From the NCBI GenBank assembly GCA_973895155.1, contig OZ316892.1:26311233-26375232 (forward strand): a stretch of DNA of 64,000 nt, given 5' to 3'. Position 1 is the first letter of the stretch. The number at the start of each line of letters is the position of its first letter. The notes under the pieces were generated by a model. It had not been told where the DNA came from. It did no database searches and worked only from the letters and a program-made list of their open reading frames with translations. Position numbers and translations under genes: made by a program. Shown piece by piece: positions 23,530-34,614 of this stretch. This stretch comes from Marsupella aquatica. Taxonomy: Eukaryota; Plantae; Marchantiophyta.

Positions 23530-23741
23530 GACTCCGTTCGTTCAAGGAGTCCATCAACTGGTGCGTTAATCAATGTTGTCAACAGTAGAATATACATGCA
23601 CCTTCCTTCTTAGAACTAGGTGAGATCTACATGCTGACTCCGTTCGTTCAAGGAGTCCATCAACTGGTGCGTTAATCAATGTTGTCAACAGTAGAATATA
23701 CATGCACCTTCCTTCTTAGAACTAGGTGAGATCTACATGCT
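23530..23741. repeat. Perfect 106-bp tandem duplication
   Basis: 23530-23635 is identical to 23636-23741 (gactccgttcg...gatctacatgct). Confidence 0.95.
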
Positions 23742-25145
23742 CTTCAACGCTGTCCTCCCTCTCGCAAAGTTGTTGGCCTGAAAGTGTCTTTCATCGTAAG
23801 GATTGTCAATCTTCTAACGGGTCATCGGAAAGGGCAGAAAGATATTCCTCAATTCTCAGGAGTTACGGGACTTTCTTCCATTCTCGGTGAGCCGCAGTAC
23901 AAATGACAAATAGAACGGTGTTCTGGCCTCATTGCCGTACAAATACAGTCACAAGCCTTCGGAACTGGCTATCTCCAGTTGTCCAGCATGTACTGTAGGG
24001 GGCATAAATAGGCAACCATAGATACAAGAGTAGGATGAGACCCAAGAGAAAGTAATTTCCGCGAGTGCTGAGAACATATACTGTACTTCAATGTAGAAAC
24101 TTATCCAGTCCACCGAACAAGTCACCAATCCCCAGATCCCTGCATGAGCTCACCACACCAGCAACCCATGACCCAACTAAATTGAACAAATCTGCGCCAT
24201 AAGTAAGACCAACGAAAACGATGAAAACTTCATATGGTGTTCCTGGAATTCAGATAAAGACGGAGAAGGGACAAGAAACGATCTAGAGAAACTTTCGTCA
24301 GGTCGATTATGCTAAACAAAAAAACACTGCCTTCCAACACCTGCGCATGCCAACTAACTTTCTTGCAGTGTTGAATTTATCTGGGTAAGTCTCGATCTGG
24401 AATCTGCTCTTCAAACGCATTCATGTCACGTCGTACTTTCTAGTGGAGACGAGCTTTATATTCGCCACAAAGGTGCGCAAACTATACCAAATGCAGGAAG
24501 AAAACCCAATTCTTCATCGAAGGCAACTACAGTAGTACTTGGCGATCTGGAAAAGTGCCAGAAAGGCTTTACTCTACGATGGTCAGGCGTGAAAGAGTCC
24601 CACCTTGTAAACAAGGTCCACACGGATTGAAATTTTCAGAAGTGATTTCATACAGATGTATCGCTTGCACTGATTTGAATATCCTTCCATCAGAATACTT
24701 TTCCGTTACAAGAACTAATTATCTTATACTTTTCAAGCTAGTTGCCAAAAACGAATCCTTGAAATAACCATCGGTAGATCTTAACAAAACACAACTCTTT
24801 CTGGGAACAAGCTCCTATGAGACCTGGTTACCAGGAGGTGAGCTTCCGGCAACCAGCAGTCACGAAATTCCTACAAGGCCTAGTGACAAGGTCGGTGCCT
24901 GACCAACTGGGATGCAAACTTTTCAGCTACTATAGACACAGGTCAAAATATGACGAGACTGCTCATCTAGAACTGAGCCCTTTACCTTGCACGCTTGGCA
25001 TTTGCACAAGCAGACAGCTATATTTACATCTTGTTTGTCACTTCCCCTGCAATACTCCTCTCTAAGTATGATCTGTGGTAGTAACAGACATTGGTAGGTA
25101 CAGACATTGAGGGCTGGCAGTTCCGTCTATTCCACTCGAGATCCA

Positions 25146-27789
25146 TCATTGGGAATCTTGCTCCACTTGCTGCTTTGCCAGATACTTCTCCCTTCGTTCC
25201 TTCTGATGTCAAGCCCAAGAACGAACATGAGTGTTAGTATTCTTTCCTACTCATACGATCATCTAGGATGACAATAAAGCAGATATTTTGCAGAAAAGAC
25301 GTGTTATGAAAAACACTGTGACCTAGTGACACTTACCCATTCATCAATGACAGGTCCTTCGCCGAGATTGCCCGTTGGAGCTGCTTTCTCTTCCTGTGGC
25401 TTTTTCCTTGCCTCTTGGGCTGCCTCCGCTTCTGCCAAGCGTTTGTTGTGCCGCTCAACTTCGTCCTGAGATGGGATCATTTGCAGCAATCAGCATAGTT
25501 GACATTTTCACTGACCATGAAACAGCCTAAGACCTTGATTTTAATACCAATGGGATAACCAAGACATCAGGTGACTGGAAGTGTCCATAACGTCATATCT
25601 TTTCAAATTTAACAAAAATAGCACCACCGCTTCATTAGAATCTCACCAGCAAGGCTCGAGTGCAATACCCAATGATAATTATATATTCACCACTGGCATT
25701 ATCATGGTTTGCTAAATCGAAAGGTCCAGATTCAAAACTTACCGCTGATGCACGTTGTGGGTCTAAGAACACCACCCGTAAGATTCGCTCGACTGCCACA
25801 ACTTCTTTTTGTTCTTCAAACTGCACATCAATGGGGGCCAAATTCAGTAGTTAGCAATGCATTTCTTAGAATTGTAATAAGTAATGGAAGGCCTCCCTTT
25901 AGAAGGATCAATACCAATCTAGTCCAAACCCGTTAAAGTCAGTGGGGTGAAATAAAAAGTGGGAACCAGCATAGCTAGTTCTTTAACTAGCTTCACCTTC
26001 ACCATCACCATCACGATTGCATCGCCTGGCTTCTAATTCCATCACTGATAACTATGTCAGCTTAACACGAACTTTTGCTAGCTCTCAGGATGTAAACTCC
26101 TGTCATATTGATCAGACAGTGGCTACTGACCCAACCAAACCTAAATTTTGAGTCACAGAGCGGGGTCCCATACCAATTCTGGTGTGTACTCGATACTGTC
26201 CTTCACAGCCAAGCTGACAATCTTGAATTTGTCCTTTGTTTTCTTCTCGTTAGGCTTCTCAGGTTGCTCCACAAATTTTACCACTGCAATGGAGTGTTCT
26301 GAATAGTGTTACAAACATTGAATGACAATCTGAATGTCATAAGAGGCCATTCAACGTACGATAGGCCGCAACACAGGAGACAGTTACAATAGTAGCTCTA
26401 GGATACGATTCTTGTGATCATGCATTGAGTAAAATCGAGTATGCGTGTTTACCCGTTGCTATGATTTGTGCTCCAGGAGCAAGAATCCCATTTGGAGGCC
26501 GCATAAAGCAACTCTTGGGAGCGGTGGTTTGAAACTGCAGGGAAACACTTCCATTCAGCATCCGTTTCATTCGAGAAGGAAGACCTCAATCTAAAAAACA
26601 TGATAGGAAGTGAAGGAAAAATGCTCGCGCCACCCACTTCTCTTGACACATTGAATATAGTACTCTATCTTACTTTAAAGGCCACATGGGAGCGGCTGGT
26701 GTTCTTGATCCTTATAGCACTGGACACCTGCTTTCCAGGCTCATCTGCCAAAGATCCAATCGACATTTCTGTCAATACGCTTGCGAAGAATGAATAGAAA
26801 CAATAGTGGGAGTAACATAACAACTTGAAGGCCACTACATTCTAACGCAAAGATCAGGCCTTCCCAGGATTGCTTCTGCAGGTACAGTGTGCACCAACAC
26901 GAACCTTTCCCGGGTAACATTGAGCAAAACATACATAACTTTGTCCTCATAAGCCAGACCATGTGCATTCCTCTGATTGATAGTCAGACGTGAACTATCC
27001 GTGCGATCAATGTAAAACAAATTCTTGGAGCTAAGCCTCAAACGTATCCCCGACCAGAACGTAGAAACCATTGATATAAAGTTCATTGCCTTCACAGGCG
27101 TTACTGGCCAATGTCACAAAGTAGACCGTGCACTAATTCGCCACCAGAGGCTGAGACTAAGAATATCATGTAATTGACCAAATGAGGGAAGCTTTTAGAT
27201 CCATTCCAGTCATAATCTGGATTCTCCGCTCAAACATCCCGTGACCACCTCATACCGGGAGCAGACGACTGCAGATAGGCTGTCAGGGAGGAAGCCCTCA
27301 ACCAAGTCAGTTGCGACCTGTTGCTTTGCTACCACCTGCCGATGAGCAAGCCCTACTTCTGTGGAATACAGAAGCTCGCCCAAAAGGTTGGCGCGCGGCA
27401 CCTCCCGAAAGAAACCAAGCTCAAGGACTTAGACAAGAAAGGCTCCGTACGACGAGTAGAAGCAATGTGAGGTAGCCATTTTGCTCTGTCCATGAGTCCA
27501 GACTAAGGGCGAGGGAGAAAGACACAGCGAGAGGGGATCCACACTTACAGAGAAAGTACAACTTCTTCGGCGGATCCAGTTGGAGGCGACGCCTGCTGAG
27601 GAGAAACGTCCGGGCTATATCTTTCATGGACGAGCGAGAAGTGGATGGATCGCCTGGCAACCCATTTAATGCGGGAACTACCGACGAAGCCGAGGGAGAG
27701 TTTGAATGTGACTTGGTCGAAAACCACGACAACTTCCAACACGCCGCGTTATTATTCCCATCCGCCAAATCACCTTCCCCTGCCGCCAT
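25146..27789 (-). CDS. VAP4: Vesicle-associated protein 4 family (VAP4/PVA41-42, MAMI-like; MSP domain), 255 aa, 7 exons
   Basis: Exons 27789-27549, 26744-26674, 26534-26453, 26283-26174, 25820-25743, 25465-25337, 25202-25146; all GT-AG, phases consistent, 768 nt. Protein RRRLQLDPPKKLYFLYEPGKQVSSAIRIKNTSRSHVAFKFQTTAPKSCFMRPPNG...GEGPVIDEWKERREKYLAKQQVE matches plant VAP4. Confidence 0.93.
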
Positions 27790-29159
27790 ATCCTAACCTC
27801 GTCACGTCACGTACTCACGCTGTTCAAACCCCTTCAATCTTTTCTTCCTTCATCACAGATCTACACCATAATCTTCCAGCACCTGATTATCAGTTCACCG
27901 TCTTGTCAGTGTGCACCGTGACCGCTCTCACCTCAAAGTCCGCCCCAATCCCAACTTAACCATGACACCAGTGCTAGAACGCCGGTTGTTCAGTGACTTC
28001 CTTTGACTGCTCAATATTCCTGCCTTACCAAGAGCAGGAGCAACGATAAAGACTGACAGCTTGCTTCTCCACCTCAACACGGAATCCTGCTATTGTACTG
28101 TACGGCACCTTCCGGCACCAGCTAGCGTTCAAGCGTTACAGAACGGACGAGAAACGAATGTTTCCTTCGTCCTTCGTCCTAGGTGTGACACCTCCCGACC
28201 CCTCCTTCCTTCGCTTTACTCGGCTTCCCGACACCAACCTCGACGAGATCTATCGCCACTTCTTCGCTGTTCCGGACACTACTTTCCTCGCCTCTTGAGC
28301 ACACCAGTCACAAACTCCACCTGCTCCTCGCTTGGATTTTAGAGCACGTCAGACCAACAGTAACTCTCCCACCCTGGGGACTAATAGTCAGCTCCCTCGT
28401 AGGTCAGCTGCGTATCTATCCGAGGATGCTTCTTTCCCGATTAGATACGCCAATACGACAACGAACTACAATCACTTGAGCCTGTCCTGATGCTCATTTT
28501 TCTCCACCATTCTCCACCCTAGTTCTCACCTCACCGCACCAGACCAGACTGCTCCAACCGCTTACTCCCTTGATTTCCTCCCCTCTCGTCGGCTCTATCT
28601 CCACGACAACTTAGTGCTCAGCCCGTCGTGATGCACTTCTTTCTCCTCCGTTCCCAACTGTGCTCCAAATCGCCACACTGCTTGCTCCCTGAGCCCGATA
28701 ATTGCTCCCCGTTCGAGAGTCCTCCTTTCCCCTCGTTTTGCCTCGTCCGTCCTAGACTTTCTCCATCATTCTTTAGCCAAATGCATCCTGATCCTGCTTC
28801 ACTTCAGCGACGACCGATGTGACGATGCCTCGTTCTTTGGCCAAATGCTGCCCCTGCAGTGCTCCAACTTCAACGCAAAACAACGTGATGACGATCCCCC
28901 TTCGTCCTACACACCTTCCCAATAGTTCCCCCAAATAACACAGCTCGTGCTCCAACTTCCGCAATGACAGATACGATGATCCTTCACCAGTCCTAGACTA
29001 GCTCCATCATCATTCTCCTCCCAACTTTAATGCCGATGCGCTCCTGCAGTCCCTGCTCCTCGTCCTTGCTCCAACTCCAGCGCCCCAGCATGCGACGAAC
29101 GAAAACGATGCTAATCAATAATAATGACGCCTCATCCCTCCTAGGCTTTTCCCATCACT

Positions 29160-29640
29160 CTTTTCCTGCTCCTGCTCCTGCTCCCGCACCAGCACCAGCA
29201 CCACCTCATGCCACACCAAAAACGATTGCAAAGAAAGACGCGGAATGATTCGCCCTCGACTCAACTCAACTCAACTCAACTCGGCTCGACTCGACTCGAT
29301 TCGAAGCGCTAGCTGGACAATGGACGAGGAGGAGAAACCACAGTACACAACCCACGAGAAAGGCAGGAGGGTCGAGGCGAGCTCCAGAGCACAGAGGACG
29401 AGAGTAGACGCGAGTAAACACGAGGGTCGAGGCGAACTCCAGAGCAGAGGACGAGACTAGACGCGAGTAAAACAGGAGGGTCGAGGAGGAGACGAGAGAG
29501 CTAGCACTACTACTAGAACAGCAGATTCACGACTGTAGACAGGAAAGAGAGAAGCAGCTTCGTTCACGAGGAGGGGGAGGGGGGAGGGGGGACGGGGCGA
29601 CGGGGCGACAGGGGTCAGGGGACTCAGGGGACTCAGGGGT
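29160..29640. repeat. Simple-repeat-rich probable 5' leader of VAP4
   Basis: (CCTGCT)/(CCAGCA) hexamers at ~29165-29205, (CTCAA/CTCGA) pentamers at ~29255-29300, ~54-bp imperfect tandem units at ~29368-29490, and G-tracts at 29569-29639. Confidence 0.75.
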
Positions 29641-29837
29641 CGTACCGAAGGGGAGCGCGTCTGCGCTGGTAGTGAGGTCACGGTAGGTCGTGGTCACTGA
29701 CACTCTGACGACTGCCGGTTGCTCCAGTCCGCCTCCAGACTCTGTCCCTTGAAAGTAGCTTGTGTTAGCAATTTATTCCTAAGACCAGTATTTTTGTTTA
29801 CAGTAATGTAGGCTCAGGTAACATGTTACTGTTCTAG

Positions 29838-30014
29838 TAGCGTGTCTCAGAGTTTCAAATTGATGGACTTTAAGTTAATAGTTAGGGTTGTAGACAGAAA
29901 AAATATGCTAGTGAACAGATTCCCAACAAATTCTACACAGCCTGTATAACTGTCTGACCATTTGTTTATGGCCAAAATTCACCATTCACAAACTTGAAGC
30001 TCTGAGATGCCCTA
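29838..30014. mobile_element. Second MITE-like copy of the TAGGG..TCTCA TIR family, ~177 bp
   Basis: Left TAGCGTGTCTCAGAGTTTCAAATTG vs right reverse complement TAGGGCATCTCAGAGCTTCAAGTTTG. Confidence 0.5.
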
Positions 30015-31134
30015 ATTCTATGAAAACTCCCGCAATTACTAGTGTTTTCTTTAGCTTACTATAAAAACGCCAACTGAAGTCTACTCTTAAGGGGCTAGGT
30101 CAAGAGTGAAGCCTCTAAACCAAGAACACTGATAATGAGGTTCAATAAGGTCAAAATTTTAAATGAGGATGGACAAAAGTGACATTAACTCTAAATACAA
30201 ACTCTATTCTGGGAAGCAGCGGATTTAAGCTCTCAAACAGAAAGGAAAAAAAGGACGGGTCAAAGACTAACCAAAATAGCATAGAAATTGTATTGTGCAA
30301 GATTTTCATTCATATCTATTTATGTTCATCGGGGCTAGCTTATTTAATCAGGTCCCAAAGACCAACTAACCTTACGTGGTCACAATAGACTGAATGATAT
30401 GATGTTGAAAAGTGTGCAATATGGTCCAAAATATGTTTGTGTTATCATAATATTGTTGTAAAAATAGGTTCTAGGATCATTTTTGGCCCTATAACTTCAA
30501 CTTTACTTTGTTAGGCCACTGAGAACTGTTTAAAAAATATTTATGATTGTTTTGGCAAAGCAAGGTGGAAAGTGTACCCTGATTGTTATTTATCATGCAA
30601 ATCCTGTATTTGTATTTTTTTTCATCTGGATGTTTTACTTAGCTTAGCCATTTTCGTTGTCACCTGGCCATGTTCCCTATCACCCTATGTTTCTAAAGGA
30701 GACATTTCACTTCACTCTGTCATTTCTCTTGTCACCCTTTGCTTCTCTCTGCATATAAACGGACACACAAACTCTTGTCTATCTATCTACCCTCACCTCA
30801 CTCAGGAGTCTCCAAATACATTAGAGTATTTTTCCCTCCCACTGGCAAAGGAAATATATGAAAGATTGCATAAACACAAACATTTGACATGACGCCCAAA
30901 TGAACAATTGCAACCCTGACTGACAAAATGAACTATCTAAATTATTTGCATAACATGTGTTGCAGTTTTGTTGCAAAGATGACATGTAAAGATGCATTTG
31001 ACCAATAATAGAAGGTTTTCAGTGGACTTTTGGTATTATTTCCATAGTTACAGCCGGGCATACAGCAACCTCGTTCTCATTCATGTGAAGGAGTTGAATG
31101 GGTCTCTTGGTTACTGTGGTCAGTATGTAAATTA

Positions 31135-31460
31135 TGTAGAGATTAACTCAGTCTTGGGTTGAACTATGGTTAGGATGTTAACTAGGGTTAGAGTAAACCC
31201 TAGTTGAAGAGATTGATCCTTATCTCTTCAACTTGTATGTGGTGTGAGAACACACACAAGAGAGTTCTCAAGAGAGAACACAGGGATATAGCAAGAGATG
31301 AGAGCTTGAAGAGATGAGAGCTATGGTGATGCTTGAGTACACACATAACCGCTAATAAAGCTTGGTCTTCCCGTGGACGTAGCCAACCTTGAGGCGAACC
31401 ACGTAACTATTGAGCATGTGCATGTTTGGAGTGTTTTTCCTGATCTGATTTCTCCCCACA
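31135..31460 (+). repeat. 5' LTR, 326 bp
   Basis: TGTAGAG...CCCCACA, followed by the PBS. Confidence 0.93.
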
Positions 31461-31462
31461 AT

Positions 31463-31474
31463 TGGTATCAGAGC
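31463..31474 (+). promoter_or_regulatory. Primer-binding site for initiator tRNA-Met
   Basis: TGGTATCAGAGC, 2 nt after the LTR end. Confidence 0.95.
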
Positions 31475-32633
31475 TCAGATTTTTTCAGTCGATTAGGAAC
31501 TCCATAGAACTTGCTTCAAGCAAAGCGAACAGCGGATGATTTCCTCTTCAAAGCGGAGCTATTGGAAGAAGATCGGACTCAATCTTCTCACAAGTGTGGA
31601 GCACACAACCAGGGGCTCATTTCAGTGAAACAATGAAGGCCTGAGGTCAAACACGGAAACAATTGTAAGTGACAGTTTTCAATTTGCGTTATCGGGCAAG
31701 AGATAAGGTCAATTTCTCAGATCAGTCTTTTTGATTGTTCTATCGGGACTTGAAACTGAGACACGTTTGAGCGCCTCGTCTTTCTAGACGTTTCGATATC
31801 AACATCGCTGAATTTCGTCAAACGGTTGAGAATTAATCTTAATTTCAATTCTCGTTTTTTTGAGCTCAAAATTTTGGCTATGGCGGATAACTTAATATCA
31901 GTCACTTTCAACGAATCGTTTCTCCCTCATTACTCCACCGTTTTGCGAGTTCTTTATATCGATCTTGATGCCCTCGAAGTCTAGTTTCTGAATCTGAAAT
32001 CAGAATTGGATTTCGTCAAAAACTGAGACGGGAATTTGAGTGAATCCGCCGAGGGGTACTTTCTGCCGCGAGTAGTCGCGACTTCTGCGGACGCGCGAGG
32101 AGGTCGAAAACTTCGAGGAGGCCTTTTAGGGCTCGACAGGGCTCGGGCAGGGGGAAGTGCCCCCTGTGAATTTCCCCCACAGGGGCTGTACAAGGGCGGA
32201 CGGAATTTCCCGAAAAGATTCCTTTTCCAGAGGCTTAAATTTTTACCGAAGGTCAAAGATTCCGAGCGGCAAACAAAATCGAATCAACTTCAACTTTTGG
32301 AGAGGTGTACTTGGGGAAGCTAGGCAAACATTGGTGTGATCAATTTTGGAAACGCATACTAGTGGAATCTTTGGCATAAAAGATTCCCTCAAGGGGTATT
32401 TATTTCATTTTTTACCCCCCTCCGGTCAGAGTAAAAATTCTTGGCACTCGAGAGTCCGTTTGATAAATCGTTTTCAGCATTTGGAGCGTTACCTTGTGGG
32501 CTACACACAAGAGTGATCAGTTTCAAAATTCACCAACTTTCATTTTTGGCCTTATTTTCACACCCCGCATCTAAGCATTCGACGTTTATTTCTTGTTGGA
32601 AGGCAACTCCACACTACATTTAGCATTCTAGCG

Positions 32634-34327
32634 ATGGCGACTACTAGGATTGGAGGTCAAAGGTTTGAGGTGGAAAAATTTGATGGTCGGATGGACTATA
32701 CAATGTGGGAACGTAATGTGAGGGATGCACTTAGGGCGATGGGCCTAGGCAAGGTACTAAGATCTCAACCCAAAGAGATGGAAGATGATGATTGGCATGA
32801 TCTTCAGGATCAAGCGGTAAGCATTGTTGGAATGTACCTGAAAAACAATGTGAAGAAGCAGTTCGAGGAAAAATCAACACAAACGGTGACGGACTTGTTT
32901 CAAGCATTGCGCAACAAGTACTACAAGAAGGAGATGTCAAACCGAATGTATGCAAGCCTGAAGCTCATGCAATTCAAAATGGCTGATGGAGTCAAGATTC
33001 AAGATCATATCGATCAGTTCAATGATCTTGTGGTTGACCTAGAGAATTTGGGGAGCATTTGAGCGAAGAAAAGAAAGCCTTACAACTCTTGAGCTCACTA
33101 CCACCTTCGTACCAATCTTTGTCTCGAGTTCTTCTATTCCGTGATAAGATAACTATATCCTACAATGATGTGGTGAGTGCCCTGTTGACCGATGACATGC
33201 AGTCTAAGTTGGTTTCTTCAGCTCATCCTACCTCAACCTCATCATCAACAGCACTGTTGGTAGAAAGAGGCAAATCAAGGGAGCCATCTCATGAAAACAA
33301 AAGGTTTAACCCACTTCCCATGGAGCGAGAAAGGTTCCACGACCGATCTTTTGGTAGGAGGAGGTTTAGATCCAGATCTAGATCTCGATCCAAATCACCA
33401 TCCAAGTCTACTCGTGAGATAAAGTGTTGGAAGTGTGATAAAGTGGGCCACATGAAGAAGGATTGTCGCGTCAAAGATACATTCAAGGAAGTTGCCGGTT
33501 CTTCAGCCCAAGTAGCTGTTCGAGAAGAGGATAGTGAAGGATTTGCATTGTGTACCACTTCCCAAGTTGAGGATTGTCAATGGATTTTGGATTCCGCTTG
33601 CTCGTATCACATGTGTTATATGCATGAATTTTTCTCATCCTACACTCCTATCAACGGATTTGTTTTGATGGGAAATAATCATTCTTGCAAAGTTTTAGGG
33701 ATTGGATCCGTAAAGATTCAACTACCTGGTGGCAAGTATTGTACTCTATCAAATGTCAGACACATTCCAGAAATGTGTAAGAATTTGATTTCTCTTGGCT
33801 ACTTGGATGCGAAGGGTTATCAATGGAGTGCAACTGATGGGGTGTTAACAGTCACGCATGGATCAACTGAAGTTCTTATTGGCAAGACGAAAAGAAACAT
33901 CTATGTCTTGGAAGGCACCACCCTTCCTGCCGAAGTCAATTTGGTCACATCTCAGGAGGAGAAAATCAATTTATGGCATGCTCGGCTTGGTCACATGAGT
34001 GAAAAAAGTTTGGAAATTTTACACAAGCGACATCTCCTACCAGGATTGCAAGCATGCAAGTTGAGTTTTTGTGATCATTGCATTGTCGGCAAGAAAACAA
34101 GAACTCCATTTCCGACTGCTATTCATCATTCTAAAGTTGTACTTGAGTATATTCATTCCGATGTGTGGGGTCCTGCTCCGGTTTCCTCGCATTCAGGCAA
34201 ACAATACTATATATCGTTTATCGATGATTACTCAAGGTTTGTTTGGATTTATTTCATTGCCCACAAGTTTGAAGTGCTTTCCATCTTCAAACAATGGGTA
34301 GCTCAAGTTGAGAGGAACTATGGTTAG
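32634..34327 (+). pseudogene. Copia gag-pol (gag, CCHC knuckle, protease, GAG-pre-integrase, N-terminal integrase core); frameshifted and truncated
   Basis: VEKFDG..Y.MW, CWKCDKVGHMKKDC, WILDSACSYHM, LWHARLGHMS, CDHC, YIHSDVWGP, FIDDYSR. Frameshift at ~33050. The ORF runs into the 3' LTR at 34315. Confidence 0.92.
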
Positions 34328-34614
34328 GATGTTAACTAGGGTTAGAGTAAACCCTAGTTGAAGAGATTGATCCTTATCTCTTCAACTTGTATGTGGTGTG
34401 AGAACACACACAAGAGAGTTCTCAAGAGAGAACACAGGGATATAGCAAGAGATGAGAGCTTGAAGAGATGAGAGCTATGGTGATGCTTGAGTACACACAT
34501 AACCGCTAATAAAGCTTGGTCTTCCCGTGGACGTAGCCAACCTTGAGGCGAACCACGTAACTATTGAGCACGTGCATGTTTGGAGTGTTTTTCCTGATCT
34601 GATTTCTCCCCACA
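34315..34614 (+). repeat. 3' LTR lacking its first 26 bp
   Basis: Matches 31161-31460 except one C/T (gagcatgtg vs gagcacgtg). Confidence 0.93.

Larger units (their letters stand above)
31135..34614 (+). mobile_element. Ty1/copia LTR retrotransposon, young, internally deleted (no RT, RNase H or PPT)
   Basis: TG...CA ends. 5-bp TSD AATTA (31130-31134, 34615-34619). PBS, gag, protease and partial integrase present. The LTR copies differ at 1 of 300 aligned bases. Confidence 0.95.
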
